Shown: positions 57,533 to 64,000 of the stretch, piece after piece
How the letters are laid out: every line of letters begins with the position of its first letter
Numbering within the stretch: position 1 is the first letter of the stretch
NCBI GenBank assembly: GCA_014860395.1
Contig: JACZJU010000102.1
Location: 808 to 64,807 of the forward strand
Reading direction: 5' to 3'
Length of the DNA stretch: 64,000 nucleotides
Source of the DNA: Burkholderiales bacterium
Lineage (GTDB): Bacteria; Pseudomonadota; Gammaproteobacteria; Burkholderiales; SG8-39
Notes under the pieces: generated by a model
Told to the model about the DNA's origin: nothing
Databases searched by the model: none
Seen by the model: the letters and a program-made list of their open reading frames with translations, nothing else
Made by a program: the position numbers and the translations under genes

Positions 57533-58105
57533 ATGAAGCAGGAAGACCTCACCGAGCACGAAACTGGCAGCGAAACCGTGTTCCAGGGCAAGCTGCTGCA
57601 GGTCAAATGCGATACCGTCAGACTGCCCGACGGCAAGGCGGCGACGCGCGAGTACGTCGAGCACAACGGCGCGGTGATGGTCATTCCGGTGCTCGATTCG
57701 GGCGAGCTGGTGATGGAACGCCAGTACCGCTACGTCATGCGCCGGCATTGCATTGAGTTCCCGGCGGGCAAAATCGACCCCGGCGAGGAGCCGCTCGCGA
57801 CCGCGCGACGCGAACTGCTGGAGGAGACCGGCTATGTCGCCGGCGAATGGATCTACCTCACCACCATCCATCCGACCGTGGCCTATTCCACCGAGCGCAT
57901 CCTGGTCTATCTCGCGCGCGGCCTCGAGCACCGCGGCAGCAAGCTCGACGAAGGCGAGTTCCTCGAAGTGTTCAAGCTCGCGCCCGAGGCGCTGCTCGAG
58001 CTGGTGCGCTCGGGCGAAATCAGCGACGTGAAGACGGCGATGGGCGCGTTGTGGCTGGAGAAGCTGCTGCGCGGCGAGTGGGCGGCCGGGCCCGCTTTGT
58101 CCTAG
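57533..58105 (+). CDS. NUDIX hydrolase, ADP-ribose pyrophosphatase-like
   Basis: Nudix box GKIDPGEEPLATARRELLEETG. 190 aa. NudF-like N-terminal beta domain (VFQGKLLQVKCDTVRLPDG). Confidence 0.88.
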   Translation: MKQEDLTEHETGSETVFQGKLLQVKCDTVRLPDGKAATREYVEHNGAVMVIPVLDSGELVMERQYRYVMRRHCIEFPAGKIDPGEEPLATARRELLEETGYVAGEWIYLTTIHPTVAYSTERILVYLARGLEHRGSKLDEGEFLEVFKLAPEALLELVRSGEISDVKTAMGALWLEKLLRGEWAAGPALS

Positions 58106-58122
58106 TCGGAGGGAGGCAAGAT

Positions 58123-58656
58123 ATGAATTGCCTGATGACGGCCTGGCATGAACACGAAGCCGAATTGCGTGGCTGGCTGCGGCACCGGATGGGGAACGCT
58201 GTCGACGCCGAGGACTTGCTGCAGGATGTGTTTATCAAGGCCATGCGCCAGGGCGAGCGCTTCTGCGCGATCGTCGATGCGCGCGCCTGGCTGTTCGAGG
58301 TGGCGCGCAACGCGCTTGCCGACCGTCTTCGACTCAAGCGCACCACAGTGGAACTGCCCGAAGACCTGAGCGCCGAGACCGAGGAGGCGGCCGCGGTCGA
58401 CAGCCTCGCGGCCTGCCTTCCGCGCGTGCTCTCCGAGCTGAGTCCGGAGGACAGGGAGGCGATCACCCTGTGCGATCTGCAGGGTCTGCGGCAGGAAGAA
58501 TACGCGCGCCGCAAGGGTCTGAGCCTGCCCGGGGCGAAGTCGCGCGTGCAGCGCGCGCGCAAGCGGCTGCGTGAACGGCTTACGCAAGCCTGCCAAGTCC
58601 GCCTGGATGCGGACGGGCAGGTGAGCGATTTCGTGCCGCGCCCGCCGATCGCCTGA
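58123..58656 (+). CDS. ECF-type sigma-70 family RNA polymerase sigma factor (SigZ-like, no adjacent anti-sigma)
   Basis: GGAGGGAGG before the ATG at 58123. Region 2 DAEDLLQDVFIKAM...AWLFEVARNALADRLR. Region 4 LSPEDREAITLCDLQGLRQEEYARRKGLSLPGAKSRVQRARKRLRE. Confidence 0.88.
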   Translation: MNCLMTAWHEHEAELRGWLRHRMGNAVDAEDLLQDVFIKAMRQGERFCAIVDARAWLFEVARNALADRLRLKRTTVELPEDLSAETEEAAAVDSLAACLPRVLSELSPEDREAITLCDLQGLRQEEYARRKGLSLPGAKSRVQRARKRLRERLTQACQVRLDADGQVSDFVPRPPIA

Positions 58657-58664
58657 GCGCAATA

Positions 58665-59072
58665 TTAGAGATTCGCCGAAAGCGTCGCGATAATCGGGCA
58701 TGAGCGCGGGCGCTTACCATCGGCGCATTGCGCAATCAGCCCCCGGAGCGATCGGCGCATGCGCATCAGGTCGGTGATGCGCCTTTCGATCAGACCCAGC
58801 TTGCGCTCGGCAAGCAAGCGCGTCTCCCGGCAGCTTTGACCGTCCTCCAGCAGCAACAGCTCCTTGATTTCCTCCAGCGTGAAGCCGAGCTGTTGCGCGC
58901 GCTTGATGAAGCGCACGCGCGTCGCCGCCGAGGCCGAGTAGCGCCGCTGTCCGCCCAAGGGCCTGGACGGCTCATCCAGCAGCCCGCGCCGCTGGTAGTA
59001 ACGTATGGTTTCGACGTTCACGTCCGCCGCCTTGGCGACGCCACCGATGCTGGGTTGCGCGTTTAATTTCAT
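58665..59072 (-). CDS. merR: MerR-family Hg(II)-type metalloregulator
   Basis: 135 aa from the ATG at 59072. HTH IGGVAKAADVNVETIRYYQRRGLL. Cys81/Cys116/Cys125 have the same spacing as the Hg-ligand Cys82/117/126 of Tn501 MerR. LEDGQSC and SCPII match MerR LEDGTHC and SCPLI. Confidence 0.9.
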   Translation of the reverse strand: MKLNAQPSIGGVAKAADVNVETIRYYQRRGLLDEPSRPLGGQRRYSASAATRVRFIKRAQQLGFTLEEIKELLLLEDGQSCRETRLLAERKLGLIERRITDLMRMRRSLRGLIAQCADGKRPRSCPIIATLSANL

Positions 59073-59076
59073 CCCC

Positions 59077-59108
59077 TTGACTCCGTACCATGGTACGGAG
59101 TCTATGCT
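59077..59108 (+). promoter_or_regulatory. mer-type operator/promoter (MerR dyad inside an over-long -35/-10 spacer)
   Basis: TTGACT (59077-82); perfect dyad CTCCGTAC-catg-GTACGGAG (59081-59100); TATGCT (59103-08), giving a 19-20 bp spacer. Nearly identical to the Tn501/Tn21 merOP core TCCGTAC-N4-GTACGGA. Confidence 0.88.
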
Positions 59109-59214
59109 ACTCCTGTCGCCGGAAAACCAGTGGAGGCACTGTGAATTCATCGAAGGCAAAGGCCGCGTTGATCGCCGGGATGCCCGTCGGCATCGACGCG
59201 CCATAAGATCCAAA

Positions 59215-59433
59215 ATGAGCGCCGTCGTCCTCGAATCCGTGCTGACCTGCCCGCATTGCGGCTACGCCAGGCTGGAAACCATGCCTACGGACGCCTGCCA
59301 GTTCTTCTACGAATGTGGCGGTTGTGGCGCGCTGCTGCGTCCCAGGCCCGGCGACTGCTGTGTTTTCTGTTCGTTCGGCTCGGTCAAATGCCCGCCGATT
59401 CAGCAGCATGGCGCTTGCTGCGGCCCGGGCTAG
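59215..59433 (+). CDS. GDCCVxC-domain cysteine-rich miniprotein (72 aa)
   Basis: MSAVVLESVLTCPHCGYARLETMPTDACQFFYECGGCGALLRPRPGDCCVFCSFGSVKCPPIQQHGACCGPG has 13 Cys, including CPHC, CGGC and GDCCVFC. First gene downstream of the mer promoter. Confidence 0.8.
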   Translation: MSAVVLESVLTCPHCGYARLETMPTDACQFFYECGGCGALLRPRPGDCCVFCSFGSVKCPPIQQHGACCGPG

Positions 59434-59523
59434 CCCAGGCTGCATCCTTTCGCGCCGTCGTTCGTCTTCACTGGTAAGGGCGCAATCTGTGCCCATGCTA
59501 GGGATGACGAAGGAAATACGCCC

Positions 59524-60570
59524 ATGGACGCGGTTTTTGCCCCACTGCGGCGCTGGCCCAGCCAGCAACCGCTGCTGTTCCTGATTCTGGCCATCTCGGC
59601 TTGGTTCGGCCTTTACCTGCTCCTGGCGCCGGCCGCCGAGGCATTGGTGGCCGCGTTGCCGGTGGAACGCGACAGCCACCTCGGCGGCGCCCTTCAATTC
59701 TTCTTCTACGACACGCCCAAGGTGCTGCTGCTCTTGACCGGCATCGTGTTCGTGATGGGGATGGTCAACTCCTACTTCACGCCGGAACGCACGCGCGCCT
59801 TGCTTGCCGGGCGCACCGAGGGCGCGGCCAATGTTATGGCGGCCAGCCTGGGCATCGTCACGCCATTTTGCTCGTGCTCGGCAGTGCCACTTTTCATCGG
59901 TTTCGTGCAGGCGGGCGTGCCGCTGGGCGTGACCTTTTCCTTCCTGATTTCGGCGCCCATGGTCAATGAAGTCGCGCTCACGCTGCTGTTCGCGATGTTC
60001 GGCTGGAATGTCGCGCTTCTCTACCTCGGCCTGGGCCTGACGGTGGCCATCGTCGCCGGCTGGGTGATCGGCCGACTGAAAATGGAAGCCCATTTGGAGG
60101 ACTGGGTGCGCGATATGCCGCATACCGCCGCAGCCGTCGGCGAGGACAGGCTCAGCCTCGGCGAGCGTCTCGACGCCGGCTTCACTTCGGTGCGCGAGAT
60201 CGTGGGCAAGGTCTGGCCCTACATCCTCGGCGGCATCGCCATAGGCGCCGGCATACACGGCTATGTGCCGCAGGATTTCATGGCGTCGTTCATGGGCAAG
60301 GATGCGTGGTGGGCGGTGCCGCTGGCGGTGGTGATCGGCGTGCCCATGTACACCAACGCTGCAGGCGTGATTCCGATCGTGCAGGCGCTGCTCGCCAAGG
60401 GCGCGGCGCTGGGCACGGTGCTCGCGTTCATGATGAGCGTGATCGCGCTGTCGCTGCCCGAGATGGTAATCCTGCGCAAGGTGCTGAAAATGCGCTTAAT
60501 TGCCACGTTTGTCGGCGTGGTTGCCACGGGCATCCTGCTCGTCGGTTACGTATTCAATGCTGTTCTCTAA
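59524..60570 (+). CDS. UPF0718/ArsP-like permease with vicinal-Cys motif
   Basis: 348 aa, ~8-10 TM. FFFYDTPKVLLLL and GIVTPFCSCSAVPLFIGF motifs. Internal two-fold repeat (second half PMYTNAAGVIPIVQALL). Confidence 0.8.
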   Translation: MDAVFAPLRRWPSQQPLLFLILAISAWFGLYLLLAPAAEALVAALPVERDSHLGGALQFFFYDTPKVLLLLTGIVFVMGMVNSYFTPERTRALLAGRTEGAANVMAASLGIVTPFCSCSAVPLFIGFVQAGVPLGVTFSFLISAPMVNEVALTLLFAMFGWNVALLYLGLGLTVAIVAGWVIGRLKMEAHLEDWVRDMPHTAAAVGEDRLSLGERLDAGFTSVREIVGKVWPYILGGIAIGAGIHGYVPQDFMASFMGKDAWWAVPLAVVIGVPMYTNAAGVIPIVQALLAKGAALGTVLAFMMSVIALSLPEMVILRKVLKMRLIATFVGVVATGILLVGYVFNAVL

Positions 60571-60584
60571 TGCGGGGAACGAGA

Positions 60585-60645
60585 CGAGGGGACATATCCC
60601 CTCGTGCTCCCCTAAACCAGGCGCCTAACGAAAATCGTCAGGCGC
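60585..60645 (+). repeat. REP-like hairpin element, copy B
   Basis: Hairpin CGAGGGGA-cata-TCCCCTCG, tail TGCTCCCCTAAACCAGG, and second hairpin GCGCCTAACG-aaaat-CGTCAGGCGC. Lies between the permease and thioredoxin-fold genes. Confidence 0.6.
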
Positions 60646-60669
60646 TCTAAATCAACCAAGGAGTTTTCC

Positions 60670-60909
60670 ATGAAAGAAGTCAAGGTGCTTGGAAGCGGTT
60701 GCGCCAACTGCCGTACCACTGCGGCGCTGATCGAGGAAGTGGCACAGGCCAAGGGCGTTGCCGTCACTATGCAAAAAGTCGAGGAACCACGCGAGATCGT
60801 CGGCTACGGCGTGATGTCCACGCCGGGCGTAGTGATAGACGGCAAGGTCGTGCATGCAGGCGGCGTGCCCAGCCGCGACAAAATCGCGGGATGGTTTTCC
60901 GCCGTGTAA
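60670..60909 (+). CDS. Thioredoxin-fold protein (redox-active disulfide protein 2 / MTH895-type)
   Basis: 79 aa, MKEVKVLGSGCANCRTT (CxxC) ... STPGVVIDGKVVHAGGVPS. AAGGAG before the ATG. Confidence 0.85.
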   Translation: MKEVKVLGSGCANCRTTAALIEEVAQAKGVAVTMQKVEEPREIVGYGVMSTPGVVIDGKVVHAGGVPSRDKIAGWFSAV

Positions 60910-61019
60910 ACTGTCGACTCCCGTCGAAATAGGGCGGTTCTGCCGGCCCCCCTTCTTCGACAACCTGCTAACATTTGCCGGATACGCTCCTACCCTCAAC
61001 GTAAACGGCTGATTTGCCC

Positions 61020-62420
61020 ATGGAGTCCAAGCACCGCGCCCGCCTGAAAGCCATCATCGATGCGCTGGAAAGCGGATTGGTGGAACGCCGCCAGAGCGTG
61101 CGGCTATGCCTGCTCTGTGCCCTGGCCGGCGAGCACACGCTGCTCATCGGTCCCCCTGGCACGGCAAAAAGCGAACTGGCGCGGCGTCTGCATACGGTTT
61201 TTCGCGACGCTCGCTACTTCGAGCGCCTGCTGACCCGCTTCTCGGTGCCGGAGGAGTTGTTTGGCCCGCTGTCGATCCAGGCGCTGGAGCAGGACCGCTA
61301 CGAGCGGCATACCGACGGATTCCTGCCCGATGCCTCGATTGCGTTCATAGACGAGGTGTTCAAGGCCAACAGCGCCATACTCAATGCGTTGCTTACGCTG
61401 CTCAACGAGCGCGAATTCGACAACGGCGCCGGCCGCCAGCGCTGCCCCCTGATCAGCGCCATCGGCGCTACCAACGAGGTGCCGGAAGACGAGGTCGCCG
61501 ACGCCTTCTTCGACCGCTTCCTGGTGCGCCTGCCGGTCGCCGCAGTCAGCGCGGCGGGCTTCGGTGCGCTGCTCGAGGTCGGCCTAGACTGCGGTTGGAC
61601 GCCGCTGCCGGCGGGCCTGGCTTTGGACAAGAACGATCGCACCGTGCTTGCGGACGCGGCGACCGCGGTTGAGGTTCCAGCCGCGCTGGTCGCGGTGCTG
61701 GCCGAACTGCGCCAGCACTTCGCTGCCGAGAGAATCCATGTATCCGACCGTCGCTGGGTGAAGATCGTCTGGCTGCTGCGCGTCGCCGCGGCGAGCGAAG
61801 GCAGATCGGCTGTCGCGCTGTGGGACCTGCTTTTGCTTCCCTGGGTCACCGGGCCCGATGCGGCGCGCCAGGCGGCTGTGGCCGACTGGCTCTCTGCCCG
61901 GCTCGGGGTGCGCGAAACATATTCGCCCGAACGCCTGACGCGGGTAGTCGAGGCCTTTGAGGCGCAGCTCGATGCCGAACTGAATGCGAACGATCTGGAT
62001 TACGACGAATTCGGTCGCTTGCGCTTCTCCGCGGCCGAGTTGGCGGAACAAGTTGGCGACGCCAAGCAAGGCGCAGCCGCCCCGCGCATGACCTACAAAC
62101 GCAACCGCCGCTACGGCAGGACGCATATCGACGCCCGTGTCGGCCAGATCGACGCATTGCTCGCGCGCATTGCGGACTACGCTAGCGAAATCTCCACGCA
62201 GCGGGAAAGCCTCGCCGCCTACCGGGCGCAGAGCTTGTGGCTGGATGAGAGTCTGACCGGGCGCGCCGCCGCAGTTCTGGCTGCCACGGGTGCCGCAATT
62301 GACGGTTTGGCCGAGCGCGCGCGATCGGCGCGGGAAGGTTTCCTCGATCTGCCGCGCCTGCAGCAGGACGACGGCATGGTGCCGGAACCCGTTGTTCACG
62401 AGGCGCTCGCCGAAACTTGA
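61020..62420 (+). CDS. ravA: MoxR-class AAA+ ATPase, RavA-like
   Basis: Aligns by eye with E. coli RavA. LESGLVERRQSVRLCLLCALAGEHTLLIGPPGTAKSELARRL (Walker A), FIDEVFKANSAILNALLTLLNEREF (Walker B), HVSDRRWVKIVWLLRVAAASEGRSAV. Confidence 0.88.
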   Translation: MESKHRARLKAIIDALESGLVERRQSVRLCLLCALAGEHTLLIGPPGTAKSELARRLHTVFRDARYFERLLTRFSVPEELFGPLSIQALEQDRYERHTDGFLPDASIAFIDEVFKANSAILNALLTLLNEREFDNGAGRQRCPLISAIGATNEVPEDEVADAFFDRFLVRLPVAAVSAAGFGALLEVGLDCGWTPLPAGLALDKNDRTVLADAATAVEVPAALVAVLAELRQHFAAERIHVSDRRWVKIVWLLRVAAASEGRSAVALWDLLLLPWVTGPDAARQAAVADWLSARLGVRETYSPERLTRVVEAFEAQLDAELNANDLDYDEFGRLRFSAAELAEQVGDAKQGAAAPRMTYKRNRRYGRTHIDARVGQIDALLARIADYASEISTQRESLAAYRAQSLWLDESLTGRAAAVLAATGAAIDGLAERARSAREGFLDLPRLQQDDGMVPEPVVHEALAET

Positions 62421-64000
62421 ACGCTCCGGTTCCACATTCACTGCTGTTCGAAGCCGAAGAGGCGCGCCTCGCGGCGCTCGACGGCTTGGCGCGCAAGCTC
62501 TGGCTGGGCGGGCTGACGAACTCCCAGGGTCGCCTGGAACCGCGGCTAGAGTCGCTCCTTGCTTTGCGCACGGGATTGCACAGCGGGCGGCTCGCGCCCG
62601 CCGAGACATGGCTGTGGCCGCCGCCTCCGATTGCCGACGCCCTGAACGATGCAATCACCGAGTTTGGTCTCGCCGGCTATTGCGCTGGCGAGGCGGAACT
62701 AACGGACACCGTCGTAATGAGCGTTTTGTTTCACCTGGATTTCATCGTCGACTACCGCGACCGCGGGGCGAGTGAGGCCGAGGCTGTGCGCATGGCGATA
62801 GAGGCTTTCGCAGCGGAGTGGCAGGAACGCTGCGGCCAATTCGACGAGCTGGTCGAGGTTTTCGGCTTGCTGCCCGATGACACAAAAAGCACGCGTTGGG
62901 ATCAGATTCGCGGCGTGCTGCGCTCCGCGGGATGGCAGGAGGTGCTGCGCATACGCCGGCTGCTGGCGCGCCTGCCGGAATTGGCGCGGATCATACGCGG
63001 GCTGGGGCGTGCCCGAGCGTCCGAGGAGCGGGACGCGATGAACCAGACGAGCGTGGAGCTCATCGACGAGGCCATCGCTCAGCGTCCCGAGCGCCGTACC
63101 GTGCGCGTGCCCGACATGCCAGGCGAAACCCGGGGCGTGCATCGCTCCGACCGGATCGCGCGCATGCTGCCAACCGAGGCCATGCTTCTCGGTCATCCGC
63201 TGCTGCGGCTCGTATGGCACGCGCGCCGGGCCGAACGCACGCTCCTCAGCTACGAGGACGACGACCGCATGCAGGAGCTGCGTCTGCACCGATCACGCGT
63301 CCTGCGTCCGCATATCGAACAGCAGCCGGGCACGCGGCCGGAAATGGGGCCGATACTGGTGTGCGTCGACACCTCGGGCTCCATGCAGGGTGGCGCCGAA
63401 GCGGTGGCAAAAGCGGTCGTGCTCGAGGCCATGCGCACCGCCCATGCGCAACGGCGTTCCTGCCACCTGTTTGCGTTCGGCGGGCCCGACGAACTGGTCG
63501 AAATGGAGCTGGCCGTGGACAGCGGCGGGATCGAGCGTATTGCGCGTTTTCTCGGGCAGGCTTTTCACGGCGGCACCGACATCTGCGCGCCACTCGAAAG
63601 GGCGATGGCCAAACTCGAACACCAGCGCTGGCAGCTGGCCGATCTGCTCATCGCCTCCGACGGCGAATTCGGCGCCACGCCAGCGACCGTCACCCGGCTG
63701 GACGCGATTAAGCGCAAGCTCGGCCTGCGCGTGCAGGGCGTGCTGGTCGGAGACCGGGAGAGCGTAGGCTTTTTGGAAATTGCCGACAACATCTATCCAA
63801 TCCGCGACTGGCGCCGCTACGGCGGGTCCGATGCAGAGTCGCCGATCCATTCCCATCGTCTTACCGCCATGTATTTCCCGGGGGCGCTGCGCGGCGCGCG
63901 GGAGCCCGCAGTCTCCGGCGAGATCGCCTCGGCAACCATGTGCAGCGGTCCGGATGGCAGCGTGCGAGAGCCGCGAACCCTTCCTGGTTCCGGCCACAAC
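62417..64000 (+). CDS. viaA: VWA-domain protein, ViaA-like; 3' end beyond window; NOT in supplied ORF track
   Basis: My own translation of the frame containing 62417 shows no stop to the window end. RGVHRSDRIARMLPTEAMLLGHP, LLSYEDDD, GPILVCVDTSGSMQGG (MIDAS DxSxS at 63368-63385) and FHGGTDICAPL resemble E. coli ViaA. The proposed TTG start overlaps the ravA stop (CTTGA), and the exact start is uncertain. Confidence 0.8.
   Translation, partial: MNAPVPHSLLFEAEEARLAALDGLARKLWLGGLTNSQGRLEPRLESLLALRTGLHSGRLAPAETWLWPPPPIADALNDAITEFGLAGYCAGEAELTDTVVMSVLFHLDFIVDYRDRGASEAEAVRMAIEAFAAEWQERCGQFDELVEVFGLLPDDTKSTRWDQIRGVLRSAGWQEVLRIRRLLARLPELARIIRGLGRARASEERDAMNQTSVELIDEAIAQRPERRTVRVPDMPGETRGVHRSDRIARMLPTEAMLLGHPLLRLVWHARRAERTLLSYEDDDRMQELRLHRSRVLRPHIEQQPGTRPEMGPILVCVDTSGSMQGGAEAVAKAVVLEAMRTAHAQRRSCHLFAFGGPDELVEMELAVDSGGIERIARFLGQAFHGGTDICAPLERAMAKLEHQRWQLADLLIASDGEFGATPATVTRLDAIKRKLGLRVQGVLVGDRESVGFLEIADNIYPIRDWRRYGGSDAESPIHSHRLTAMYFPGALRGAREPAVSGEIASATMCSGPDGSVREPRTLPGSGHN

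Noticed and set aside
59107-60258. 383-aa minus-strand ORF
   Set aside because: It is antisense to the GDCCVxC gene and the permease, with no motifs. The plus-strand genes have clear family signatures and the mer promoter points their way.
62290-63711. ORF-track entries 62290..62775 (+) and 62896..63711 (+)
   Set aside because: They are Arg-rich wrong-frame readings. The third frame, starting near 62417, gives a ViaA-like protein with a MIDAS motif and is open to the window end.

Overview
This is a GC-rich chromosomal segment (roughly 60-65% GC by eye). Gene content and order are typical of a Betaproteobacterium: fur / bamE-dapB-carAB-greA / yhbY / rlmE-ftsH-folP-glmM ... tpiA-secG-tRNA-Leu(GAG)-nuoA..N. 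I can support about 58 protein genes and 1 tRNA. I saw no rRNA, CRISPR, transposase or integrase.

Layout:
- Left third: a dense phosphate/polyphosphate block with a two-domain PPK2, a PhoX-like lipoprotein, PiT plus its DUF47 partner, PPK1, PhoU and PPX. pstSCAB lies further right at 29-33 kb.
- Middle: alanine dehydrogenase, then a hybrid histidine kinase translationally coupled to a REC-PAS-GGDEF-EAL regulator.
- Right: the complete 14-gene NADH dehydrogenase I operon, pyrF, a NUDIX hydrolase and an ECF sigma factor.

The most unusual coding content follows at the right end. A bona fide MerR with a canonical mer operator/promoter drives a non-canonical cargo: a GDCCVxC Cys-rich miniprotein, a CSC-motif permease and a CxxC thioredoxin-fold protein. 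No merT, merP or merA is present in the window. Next come a RavA-like MoxR ATPase and a ViaA-like VWA protein. The ViaA-like gene is absent from the supplied ORF track because it runs off the window without a stop codon.

Structure not explained by genes:
- Four unrelated genes (dapB, greA, pstB, nuoB) are each followed by degenerate direct copies of their own 3' coding end, stop codon included.
- A hairpin-containing REP-like element occurs in at least five intergenic copies.
- Two perfect or near-perfect 22-bp-stem palindromes lie between glmM and pstB.

All calls come from reading the translated ORFs and nucleotide motifs by eye. No database search or folding computation was possible, and start codons are predictions.
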